DNA of 64,000 bases. It comes from Lama glama (Eukaryota). The stretch is from assembly GCA_028534125.1 (NCBI GenBank), contig CM052818.1:17114001-17178000 (forward strand), written 5' to 3'. The position numbers and the translations under genes are program-made. Position 1 is the first letter of the stretch, and each line of letters starts with the position of its first letter. Below the pieces are notes generated by a model, which saw nothing but the letters and a program-made list of their open reading frames with translations, was not told the origin of the DNA and did no database searches. Below, in pieces: positions 41,363 through 54,054 of this stretch.

Positions 41363-43918
41363 CTAGATGGGGAAGAATAGATGAAAAATGAAAATTTATC
41401 CTTCAAGGTAATAGCTGCAGACATCCAATAAAATCACAGTCCACCCTTCCGGGGACAGACACATGCAAATATGGCCACTCCATATCATTTATTCTTTACA
41501 GACTTCTAGAACCCAGATTCACTGTTATAAAACTTCACCATTGGAAACAACAATAGAAGGTTTAAAGAAAATGGCCAATTCAAACAAAGCTACATGGTGA
41601 CAAATCTAAGTGAAAGAAAGACTTGTTAACTGTCAAAGATGTTTGGCTTAGACTGGCTGCAGCTTTCTCCCCATATGTGAAAGAACATATCCTTATTTTC
41701 AATATAATTAAAAAGTGCTCCGTCACAATGGGGTACAGTGCAAGCTTAGCTAGGCTCAGACATCTTGGACCTCCAAAATCTATTATCCCACAAAGGCCAA
41801 CGAAATCCTTTAGAATTGGGGTGGTCAAATGGAGAGCTAGTTGAAATTATTCTCATTTCACCCTAATGTATCTATTCTTCTTACTATTATTTGCTTGGGC
41901 AAGAACGTAACAACCAGGCTGGGTTCCATAGCTTGTATTATTGAAGGAGGAAAGAAACAACTTTGTTTCCTTTACAAACTAGCGGCTAAGGAGCAGTGTC
42001 ATTGTTCAGAGCACACAAGCCGATCCCTCTGTTGGAAGCTAACAATGTTATCTCTATGTAATAAGTGCCATGGTTAATACAGCTATTGATTTTCCTTTTC
42101 TTACACTTTCTTCTTATATAAAAGCAAATGATTCTCTAAGAGCAGAATGTCTAAACTGGAGAACACAGGCTGTGATTTTAAGGGTTCTCTTTAAAGGACT
42201 ATGTGGAATGTTTTATGTTTATTTTATATATAGATAAATATTTGTTGAGTTTGGTTGTAGTATTTAATGCCTTTGGGGAACATGAAAAATATAAACCTAG
42301 ATTCTGTTTCCATATAGCTGAGTTTGTCATGTGTCGTCAACCGCATCAGAAAAGTGGTTGCAAACAGCCAAGGAACAGTGCCTACACAACTCTTTCCACA
42401 GAATGCTTTGCTGTTGGAAAATTCCTACCGGTGTGCCCACCTCAGCTAACAGCCCCTTTACTGCAATTAGGCAATTTATTTTGATTGGCCTGTAGTAACC
42501 TATCATTGTCACTAGAGGGAACTCTAACAGAACAGTAAATGAAAGTGCTGTGTGTTCTTCAGTAATCTTTAAAAAAAAATGCTTATTATTGAACTTCATT
42601 CAACTAATATTAATTGAATGTAACTGTATGCAGTAAGCTACCAATGAAATCGTTTTCTGTTTTATGAACTATTATTCTGCCCAGCACAATCTGAAAATGT
42701 ATGTGGGGTTTTCACAAATGCCTTACCTTATCACATTTTTACTACTCTTTTTGTAAACCCATGTAGCCTCGAATTTTATTTTTTCTCTCTCTGTTTATTC
42801 ACTATTGCATGTGTAAACCTACAGGAAATACAGTAAAACCTCATTAATTTGTACTCCTCTTACTTGGAGTTAATGATAATGTTGAAACTTATTGGGCAGA
42901 ATATTTGTAATTCTTCATTTGATAGGAGCAGAGATCACTGGAGAAAAATTAAACAAATTGCAAAAGACCACATTCAGGAAGGAAACTGATTTCAAGTACT
43001 TTCCTGTACATTGACGGCACAACTTTCGTGAAACAATGTGTTAATTATGGATAATTCTTATCCATCCATTAGCATCAGCCTAGTAAAACCTTTCCTTAAC
43101 GAGATTTTTGAACTGCTAATTTGTGTTTTTGAATGTAATTGAAAACAAAACTGCTTGCAATTTTTTTTAAGCCTACAGTTCAGACTTTTTCTTAATTCAC
43201 CCTGGTCTTCCCCCAGATTTCACCCAGCTTGGTGAGGTTTTACTGTAGTGACTCTTTGTGAATACTACAATTAAGCAGGAAAGCATTACTTTTCTGCAGA
43301 AGAGCCTGTGTTTTGAGTGTTCTCATGGCTGTTTGCTAAGGGCCGCAGACTTTGGGCATTGAAGGGTTGTGGATTGCTGTTTGATAGCAAAGTATCACCA
43401 CACTGTAGTTCCAAACAGAAAAGATGGGATACCACAAAGGTGACCATTCAAAGGAGAAGCCCAAGGAGTATAGTAAGAGTGGCTGTTGACTGAGACCACA
43501 AAGTAGAAATCTGACATTTTGTAGCCTATGTTATCTAAGTAAACGTCAGTGGATTTTTGTTTATCTGAAATAAACAAAAATCTTCTATAACCAATCAGAA
43601 TGTTAAATACAAAAATAAGACATTTAATTCGAGGCATTGTCGAGTCTAATAATTTATATTTTCAATTAATCTCATTAATACATATGGCTTCCCTTTTAAG
43701 AACCCTCAGTGGTAGGAATCACACAACAGTAAATTATGTTAAATGAAATAGAAACCATAAAAAGATGCCCCGAAAATCTAAATTAATTTAAATAATGGAG
43801 ATGAGACCATTAAGTATTTCAACTTTCCATGGCAAACAGGCTACTTGATAAATGTTTGCAGGCAAAACGGAACAAAAGGTGAAAAGTGTTAGTCCAGTGG
43901 GGGAAGGCGAGTTGTTAC

Positions 43919-44122
43919 CTAGGTTGACCGTCAGTTTCACACGCCCTGCGTCCAGCTCCAGGCGGAGGGTGTCTGCCGAGTCTCTCGAGGTGGTTGCCAT
44001 GAGGATGCCATATGCGCGCTGGGATCGAAACCGTAAGGACACATCCTCAGCCTCCGTGTGCATCACCACCGGGAGCTGGATTTTCATAAACATACTTCCA
44101 TCATAGCTTAGAACTGTTGCTT
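43919..44122 (-). CDS. NRXN1: NRXN1-alpha coding exon ('exon 11', 204 nt): LNS4 N-terminal part
   Basis: Acceptor catctatag|AAGCAACA, donor AACCTAG|gtaaca. Translates (E)[67 protein letters not shown]. Phase 1/1. Confidence 0.97.
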
Positions 44123-45539
44123 CTATAGATGGGAAATGAACAGAAAAGTTCTTGGTCAATTCAGTGCATTTATACTTTGAAAAGGAAAGGCGGGACCAAC
44201 TCAAGGTTTCCCTATAGCACACAAGACGTAAACTCAGCTCATCTTTAGACATGAGCAATTCTTTTTAAGCTGGAAAGAGAAGCTCCTCTGGGATGTATCT
44301 GCTAAAGTCCAGGAGCAGAGATGACTACACTTCCCTTTCTGTCCCCACAGACCTTTCTACCTAGAGCATTCATCACGTTGGATTAACTGTGTTCATGTAT
44401 GTATATCCCTTCTCAAGAACAGAGATCATATTTTGTGTGTATGCAGCCATAGTGTGACCCGGGTTTGAAGCACCAGCAGCTACATATGCATGTTTCTATA
44501 CAGCCAGGCCACTGATCAGCTCTGTGAAATTAAACTTGGCTCTGAATCCCTCACCTGCAAAATGAGAGGGTGCTATTAGAGCATCTCGAAGGCCTTTGCT
44601 TGCCCTCGAAGTCCATGATTCTAAGAAAAGTTACTATCATCATTTTTTTCATAATTTCTGCTCGAATATAATAAAAAGAAATTAAAGATATGACTTAAAG
44701 GTAGAACTCAGGTCAACTCTTGACCAAGGTAATATTCAGAAAAGAAACAGAAGAAAAGTTGATATTACCAAATAACAGGAGACGCTTCTTCTGAGTCATC
44801 ATGTTTAACAAGGCAATTCATTTTTACAAAGACACACACAGTAACTTCACGTTAAGGTTTATTTGCAGATAAGGGGTAACCTAAAGCATTATCCGTAAGC
44901 ACCACTCTGGTACTCTGCAAAAAGTAAGCTATCACCAAAAGGTCAATAACTCTGTACCTAGATAATACTGAGTAAGGATGGGAGTGCGACTGAGGAGCTC
45001 GTATGGGTGTGTGCTGCTAATGGAAAGCGGATTACTTTAATGGATAAGTTGCTTTATGCTGGATCAAACACATAGAGAAGCGAATAGCAAAAACTGTTGA
45101 TCTCAAACTGACTGATGTAAGAAATAGACCCTCTTAATGTTAAACATCATATGGTGGTAGAGCATTGCAAAACAAGGATGAGTCGTTTTGCTTTCTCATG
45201 GGTTCTGGTAACTCAGAATATCATTTAATAAACTAAAAGCTACCTGGAATTAAAATAACCGAGGAAATTCTCACTATCTTGCCTATTTACAGCAAATAAT
45301 TTTACTGATACAACTGTGCTCATGATTCAGACTATGTTCTGGAGCTGTGGTTTTACAAGTTTATCGTTCAAAAACTCGGGAAATTCAAGTATTACTTCTA
45401 ACAGTATTTATTTATTTATCTAAGAGCCTTAAATCACTAGTTGTTGTCATCACGGGACTGAATGCACTTTCAGAACTGATCAGTGCTGAGGGTTCCAGGT
45501 CTCTCTCTTTGGAGCACTTCTCTTTTCTATCCACCTCTT

Positions 45540-46550
45540 AACTTAGAGGATCTTGGTCACCTCACACGCTCCCTCCCCTGATGCTTATTAACAGTCCTGA
45601 CTTCTCTCCTGAGTTCCATCAAACATCCATCATCCATTGCCTATTGGACATCTCCAATTTGAATACAATCCACACACCCAAAATGAACAAACTCAACACG
45701 CTGCTCCTCCAATGTTCTCCATCTCAGTAAATGATCTAACACCATTGTTCAGACCTTAACCTTTCTGATTTCTCTCTTGCCCTTTCTGCCAGGTCCGATC
45801 TATTTGCAATTCTGCGTGTCTTGTAGGCTCTAATTCCATCCATTTCCTGAAGCAATCAGTTCTTACTGTTACAGGACCTCAGGCTCTGCCCCGCTGGCTC
45901 ACCTGGACCACTGTAATAGCTCCCTCAATGGTCTCACTACTTTTACTCTTTCTGCCTACACATAACAGCCGGGCTAAAATTTTAAAGTGAATCAGATTAT
46001 ATCACTCCATTGCTTCAGCTATGCACTTCCAATCCCACCCCCACCCCCCGTCTCCACCCTCGACCCTCTGCCGATAGATTCCCCACCACCGAGGTTGGAA
46101 TAAAATCTGTAGTCCGTTTATTAACCCATTAGGTTTTGTGTCAATCAGCCCGAGCCCATCACTCTGGCCTCAGCTTTTAGCACATCCTCCCTTGTTTAGT
46201 AAACTCCAGCCACACTGGTTTCATGTCTCATTCATGTTTGTGCTTGTGGAACCTTCTGTCTTAAAATGTGTCACCCCCAGATCTTTATATGGTTTGGTTC
46301 TTCAGCGTTCAGGTCTCTGGTCAAGCCTCATTCCCGAGAGTCCTGCTGCAAGCACCCCTCTAATCCCCCCTCCAGTTACCCTGCCTCCACTCGCCATGTC
46401 CTGCTTGTTTGTGTAGCACAGTCTGCCTTTGCCCTTTAGAGTGTGTGTCATTAGAGCAGAGCTGAGCTCTCCTAGTCACGGCTCTATCATCAGCCAAGGA
46501 CGCCAAAAAGGGCCAGGCACACAGTAGAGCCCTGATATTTACTGGATTAA
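45540..46550 (+). mobile_element. LINE-2 fragment(s)
   Basis: L2-like blocks: tgcctattggacatctcc, ctcacctggaccactgtaatagctccc, aatcagattatatcactcc and 3' ggcacacagtagagccct. Boundaries approximate. Confidence 0.7.
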
Positions 46551-49500
46551 TTATTGCACTTGAAACTGAAGATACAAGAGCAAGCTTTTTTTTGAGTTGG
46601 ATATCATGCTTACATGAACATTCACTAAAGAACTTAAGTATTTATTCTATCTATGGTAAGTTAACCTAATTTTGGTAACGTATATGAGCAAAATACTCCT
46701 TAAAGTCTACATTGAAAGCCATAATTGTTCCACAAAAGACAGACTAGGAAAGGGGTCTGTTTACCAAAACAGGGGTCCTGTGGCTAAGCACTGACCTAAT
46801 AAACAATGAGAAAATAAAATACGATACTTTTAAAATATGCTGATTCTATATCATATCACATATCTACATCATATTTGTCCAATTGGATAAGGTTTCCCTA
46901 AAGAAAATTAACTAGGAGTTGCTCAGAAAAAAATTAAAACATGATACTAAAGTTGTAGTCAACACTAGAAAACAGTGCTTCCAGTACAATCTTAAAGAAA
47001 TGTGCTCTTTACCATCTCTCTTCTTCAACTATAGCCAATCATTGTCCATCTCTATAGGGCAACAACTGCTTGAATAAAAACTGAAAAGGCACTATCAATT
47101 GCTCAGTAACTGGTGTCATACAGATAAAAGGGCTAAAATAGTCTTCGTTTTCTCTTACTTATTTAATCTGTAAATCTAGTCTCTATTATTCAATAATCTT
47201 ATTTTTTTGAATGTTCCCATGTTCTATGAAACGTAGCTCAATTTGACTGAAGATTAATTAGGGGGAACGTCCTTTTAGACACACAGATGACTGACAACGG
47301 ATCAGAAATATAGTATGAAATACAACCCAAAGTGAAAAAGAAATAATAGTAATAATCAGGATCAGTGGCCTTTGACATTCTCCAAAAAGCTGTAGTAATG
47401 AAACAACAGTGAAGTAATTAAACTCGAGCATCCCTGAGTACCATTTTAAACGATCCTCAATGTGAAAATAACTTGTTGATAAATGACAAAGGAGCACCTA
47501 CATGATTCCTCATAATTAGAGTGAATGTTTAATTAGACAAGCAATGGAAAATGCACAAGATTGCAGTCTGGAGTTGCCAAATAAATGGTAAACAACCTTC
47601 TGACATTTGAAGGTTATAATATTTGGCGGCATCCTTTAAACATGAGTAAACTTACTTTGTTACTTAGGACACAAAAGAGTTCTCTAAAAGGCGAATTCCC
47701 ATACAATACTTCCCAGTGAGGGAGAAAAAGTTTCAACTTTGTCTCCTGTATCTCCTTCCCCCGTGTCGTTAAGTTTGATAAATTTGCTCTTCTGCCTTAT
47801 TCCTCCTTGCAGTCTAAAGTGTACACCTGTGTTCAGTTTTGCCGAAAGGCAGTCACATATTGTGATCAACAATGAAAATCAGACAAGGAGTCAAAGTATA
47901 TGGCTCTGACATCTGTCCCTCCATCTGTTAGAGTTTTAACAAGCAGGTATAAAGTAGACCTCTGATTATACCCTATATGTACAACCAAGAATAATTTCTA
48001 TATGACCAAATTGCCACAAATACTCAATTTTGTGAAAATAAAGCAGGAGAGAAGGTACTGAATTCAATTTATATTCGATTGAACAATATTTCTGTGCTAC
48101 TTTTCTTTATGGGATCAATACATATAAAATACTATTTTTTTAAATTGCCTAAGTCAGCAGATACTCTGTTCTTTCTTATAAGCGCTTTACTTAATGAAGA
48201 ATGGCAATTTCCTAGAATATGATTACAATACCATTCCCTATGCTGCCCTGTCCAAGGACTTGAACATGCTTCTTTATAAGTTATCAATTATTGCTCAATG
48301 ATAGTAAAACAGAAACTTTGTAAGTGCCTTTTTTGTTTTAATTTCAAGAGTTGTCAGTCAACTCTTATGTGATCAGAGTGCATCTGGAGAAGAACCGCAG
48401 TCGAAGCTCTTTCTTTTGAATTGGAAACCCCGAGAGTTGGACACGATCTTGTGTTGACTGAACTAGGACAGGGCTGGGAGCTGGAAAGGAGCCAGATTTT
48501 GTTGTATCGACTATAACAAGCCTCCCACATCACCCTTGTTTTCGGGAGATGCCATAATGTGAGCAAGACAATCAATTCTGAAAAGCAAAGACTTCTCACA
48601 ATACACCGGGTAGTCCAGAAACAAAAACCACACAAAAATGACAATTTTCTCTCCTCAGTACACAACCAACCTGGAAACAAAGAAATCTGCAGAAATTTCC
48701 AGCCACCTGTCAGATAAAAATGTACGTTGAATCCCAGTGATTAAGTCTGCTATTAAATTCTCATTTGCAAATCTGCATATGCTTACCACCTCTCCTTCTA
48801 ATTACTGCAATATATAATAGCTCCTTTCCCTCATTCTGGTTCAGGAAGCTCTACAATTTCCATTATTTCTGCCATAAGCAGTAGCAGGATATTGCCACAG
48901 GGTGGTACACCATGCATATTTAACTGAAGGCTTTTGTACTCTCTGACAGTTCAGTTATACCCTTTTCTAGCATCACTTAAGCAGGAGGCATTAGGAAAAG
49001 TGACAGCTCTCTGAGTGATTAAAATGAAAACACAATCGTAAATCATACAGGTCTGCTAATCTCACATTATACCAAACTTGTAATGTATCTTGCAAGCTCT
49101 GTCACTTTGTTGTTGTTGGCTCCTTTTGGCAATTTCTAAAAACCATAATATACAAACAAACTGAAATTAGAAGGGAAAATTTACAGAGAATGTACACCTT
49201 ACAAATGAAATGATGCATAAATAATTAACCTCTGATAACTATTCATAGGAATTGCAATTAGGTACTAGGAGAACGAATGAATCTATGTGATTAGAGTGTT
49301 TATCTATCCATGGACCTATCTAATTGTATAGCACAGAGCAGTGACGGTATTTGGGTAGGGGATTTAAGATCATTATTAGATTAGTAGGTTATTATTATTA
49401 ATTTTTATATTGATTAATGTTATTAATAGAACTGATAAGCTGATGAACCTCCTTATTAAGAATCAATGTCACATTTCAACTTTGGATTCTAGAAAAGAAC

Positions 49501-50592
49501 CAGTTTTTCCTCTAGGAAGTTTTAGCTTAAACAAATCAAGCAATTTCAGGAATGCAGGGAGAAGACGACTAAATGCATACGGTTGAAAAAATACATGCCA
49601 GATACTTTTTGGCTAAATGTCTCAGAAAGCAATGTTATTTGGAGCATGAGAGGACAATGGAGCAACTCGTCAAAATTTTTTCACATTGATTTTGTGTTCC
49701 ATTGTTGGAAATAAGTGGCAATGGGTATGGTGACTATAGCATTTGTCTGGGACTCTTGGGTCGATGGAAGGACATACTTAGACGTATTTGTTCTATTCCT
49801 TCCTTTTGTCTGGTCTGCAGATGATCGGCAGCAGCTATCACCTTTTACTCTTCCTTTAACCCTTACTCTCCTAATAGAAGGAAAAAGAAAAAAAAAAAAG
49901 TAGCTTTGCCTCCTGCTAGAGAAGGGAATGGTGGTACATGCTCAGAGCTTCCGCAGACACGCTAAGCCTTAATGTTAAATCGGTAAGTAAATCTGTGATC
50001 AGTTGCGTCTTAGGCAAAGGTAAGTAAGTGCCTTTGAAATCAGTGTGAACTTCTGAAAGTGCTGGTGTAACTTAGATGGTTTAAGGTCACCTTACTTTTC
50101 AAATTTCAAACGGGTAAGTCAACTAAAGTGAAATGGGCTAACTTAAGTCTCATGCGGTAGCGTCAGGGAAGCCACATCCCACAGTTTAGCTTGCTTCGAA
50201 TGCTCTTTTTAGCAGAGCTGTTAGCAATGAGGCTGTTAAGTATGTCCAAATTCATCCCTTTTTCACTTGCTAGTGTCTTGAAATTAAAAACTGGGTGAAA
50301 GAAACAGAGATTGTCTATGATATTTCTTAGACCCATATCCTAGAGGATCCAAAAGACCCAACTCTATTTATTCCTGCACTGTACTTAAAAAGCTGTGTCT
50401 TCCCAGGATCAGGTCCTTTGCAAATCATTAAGGACTGGTCGGGATCGCCCGTCAGGTGTGGCCTTTTGGCTTGCAGAACATCTGCTTCAGCAGAGCATAC
50501 GCTATGTTTCAATGGTCATTTAAGGTTTGAGAGCAACACTGCATACTCTTTTCATCTCAGGGGAGCTGGCTGCTTAATTTCTGGAAACCTAC

Positions 50593-50976
50593 CTCTCTCG
50601 CAGGACCTGCCAAGATAGCCTGTCCCGGAGCAATCGCAGACGTATCTGTTCCACCCATCCCTGCACATGCCGTTGTTTTTGCAAGGATTGCTAAGGCACG
50701 GTTTTGCTGTTTCCCTTGAGCAGGAGGGCTTCACTCCAGCAGTACTTTGAACTTCAGCCATTTGCCGGATATCTTTGCTCTGGCCGTCAATGAACAAATC
50801 TCTTATGCAGCCCACGTAGCCATAGTTGAGCAGAGCAGTCCACACCTCGGTGGGGAAGACGAGGCCAGCCTTATTTTCTGGCAAACCCCCCAGATACAAC
50901 TCATCATCCAGGTCCAGAATCTCACTCTCACCAGGAGCAGTGTAGGGTGTGCGCAGCGTGTTGACAGAAATGGTAC
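50593..50976 (-). CDS. NRXN1: NRXN1-alpha coding exon ('exon 10', 384 nt): end of LNS3 plus EGF-like domain 2
   Basis: Minus-strand acceptor tttgcaacag|GTACCATT, donor GAGAGAG|gtaggt. Translates (G)[18 protein letters not shown]...[36 protein letters not shown]. Phase 1/1 and continues exon 9 in frame (G+GT=Gly). Confidence 0.97.
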
Positions 50977-51524
50977 CTGTTGCAAAGACAAGTGAACACA
51001 CAGGTGTTTACAGAGTACAGCACATTCCCAATAGCATCCTGTCTCTCCTTCTTCTGCCTAAGGGTGAACTCCTTGAGGGCAGACATGTCACAGTTTTCTT
51101 TCTATTCCTGGTGTACTTCCCAGGGAAATGAACAGAAGCAATCTGTGGAATTAAGTAACTTTAGAACTAAGGCAGACCGTGAGTGACTAAAATGGTTCAT
51201 TTCACTTTGGGAATGAAAACAAAGGTGTACAGCCAAGAAAGAGTGTTTGTCAGACTCCAACAGTTCAGGGAAGAAAGGAAGGGAAATAAAGAAAAGGAAG
51301 GAAGGGTGGGAGGGCAGGAGGGCAAGAGGGAGAGAGAGAGAGGGAGAGGAAGTAAGAAGAAGCTGGCATTTTATATCACTCTTTCGAATAAAGTCAGACA
51401 CTCTTTGGTTAGTGCTCATTTTCAAAGCTGGTATGCACCTGCAAACCAATGAAGGGCTGTGTTGTGCCCCCATCTTTAACTGACTTCATTGTTTTTATTG
51501 AATACAATAATCTGACAGACTACC

Positions 51525-51705
51525 TACATCGAAACTTGACTTCATCACACTTAGCTGTATGAATCTACTGATTAGCCTCTATGGTCTCAGTTTACTCATC
51601 CATAATATGGGCATAGTAATGTGACCTATCTCCTATGAGTATTAAATAAAATAATACAAGTAAACTGTTTGCTTCTTGGTAAGCACTGCATAAATGTTGG
51701 GTATC
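51525..51705 (+). mobile_element. MIR SINE fragment
   Basis: cttagctgtatg...ctcagtttactcatccataatatggg core. Confidence 0.55.
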
Positions 51706-52714
51706 ATGATTCATCACAAGAACCAAGTCAAACTGGATGTTAATTTTTTTTAAAACTAGTTACCATCTAAATGGACAAGTTTTCTCCCCCCTCACTCCAA
51801 TGTAAGAAGAAATTAACTCAGTTTATAACATACAGGAATCCTAGCCCCAAGTATAGGATGAAGAGGTAGACTTTCACATGGGGTTATTTGAGGATCACGG
51901 AGGGGGGGGAATTCATTAAAATAAGAAAACAGGAAAGACACTAAGCATTTTCCTGATCAAAATTTCCATCCTGTACCATCAAATTACTCAAAATTTCACT
52001 AATATTCTATCTCCACAAAGATCTTTGTAAAAATGCAAATGTGCTACCTGAAAAGGAGACCACATGGACCCATTTCCAGATTATCCCAGATTCCTTTCTC
52101 AGGTCTTGACCACAAAGTAGACTGGGAAGATTCTACTGAGAGAAAGCAGATGAGAAGCCTCAGGGATTTAGAGTGCAGACTCACAGGAGAGGCCTGAAGA
52201 CTGAAGACGGGGTACAGAGGGAGGGACAGAAAGAGAAAGCATAGTATGGGTATAGAGTGGGTAGCAGGATGCCTTTTAGCTTTTCCACAGACTAGCTGTG
52301 GTCCACGCCAGATGAGACTAGGGCCTGTGGTGACAATGAAACATGCATCCAAGCACACAGGGCTGCAAGCCCTGCACTGTGCCCGGGGCACCCCAATCCC
52401 AGCGCAGGGGCACGCCTCCACACCGGCAGCATAATGGGATGTGTCTCTGGGCAGCAGGAGGGCAAGGATGCCGCTGCCAGAGATGGTGCAGCCAGCCAAG
52501 TCATCAGGAGGGCATTTGTCTCTCTAGACTTCCACAGAAAGAAATGGAAAAGGCTCCTAGGGGAGAGACACTCAAAGGCATTGCTATTTGGCCTTCCAAG
52601 GAGGGGAGTATATTAGGGATTTCCGAAGGAGGCAGCAAAAGAGGAGAATGACAAAGCACTCACTTCTACTGTCCACACTGTCCAAGTGTCTAGGAAAAAA
52701 CTTAGGAACATACA

Positions 52715-53950
52715 GGGGGAGAGAAGCAAGATGGCGGAGTAGAAGGACACTTGTAGCTCACCCTCCCCCACAAATACACCAAAACTCACATCTACGGACC
52801 TACTCAGCCAACCAGAGCACCTGCCGAACTTCAACAAGACATCGCCCTGTTCGAAAGACAAAGACGCCAAAAATCTGGTAGGAGAAAAGAAAAAAAAAAG
52901 AAAACAGTGCGGGACGGGTCCTGCGGGGAGGGAGCGGCAAGGGAGGACTGGCGCTCTTTCACTGGGCACCCCCCCCGCCTTCAATGGAGAGGTCAGCAGG
53001 ACAGAAGGGGAGCCTCCGAGACTCAGATCTGCCCCGAGCACCCCTTGACCAACAGAACTGAGTTAAATGGGCACAAAGGGTCCCTGTGACACCCAGCCAG
53101 AGGCGCGAGCCAGCAGCTGGGGCCAGGACAGGCCGCCCGAGCCGGACGGAGGACGGGGGCGGCTGCACTGAGGCAGCCTCGGGGGACTGGAGGGTGCTGT
53201 GTGCCGTGGCTGGGAGTGGATACAGAGCAGAACAACCTTAGTGCCCCATAAATTGCGAAAAATGCAAAGCAACGCTGCTGGTGTGCCCTGGGGGGAGGGA
53301 CACCGTAGCCTTTGTCTCCTCAGACCTGCGCCCGCCATTACTGGCGCATCTCGCGAGAAGAGAGGCGGGGCTCAGCCACAGCTGGCATCTCCTCCTGTGT
53401 GCAGCACCCAGGCGGGGGCAGGGCCAAGGCCTGAATCCGCACCCACGGGCTCCGCAACCTCCTGGACAGGACTGAGATTTGTTTACAGCCCAAGGCAGAT
53501 AGGATCTTTCTGCCCTGGCACTTCAGAGAGCTCGCGCCACCAAGACAAACAAGGAGATGAGATTTGGCATGGAGCAGGGGCGGGGCAGTTCCTCAGTCTT
53601 CCCCGAGCCTGCTTTCGGATCCCCGACTGGAGGCGGAGCGAGCAGCTGCACAGAGCAGCGGAGTGACAGATGCCTGAAGAGGGCAGGCGGCCACCCCCCC
53701 TTCGTGGCAGGAACGCAGCACCTGACCACGGTGCTGGGAAGGGGTGCGATCTGCCCACTTGCCTCCCCTCAAAGCGCAGCATCTGACTGTGGCATCAGGA
53801 GGGGGAGTAACTTGCCCGCCCACCGGTTAAGAGCTCAGCTCCTGACCCAGTGTTAGGAGAGGGCACAATCTGCTAGCTGACAGCCACTGGGAACAGCACA
53901 GATGAGGGCGCCAACAGAGGGCCTCTGGAAACAGCAAGCTGAGTTCTCGA
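52715..53950 (+). promoter_or_regulatory. L1 5'UTR internal promoter, CpG-rich, with a YY1-type motif
   Basis: CAAGATGGCGG near 52727-52737; local GC and CpG content is clearly above the flanks. Confidence 0.7.
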
Positions 53951-54054
53951 AACAGGGCAAAGACACAAAGACCTCTCGATAAAATCATTAATAGCACACC
54001 GTCTCCAGGAGAACTAGATAAGTGATACTCCTTAAGCCACAGTGCCAGACAGAT

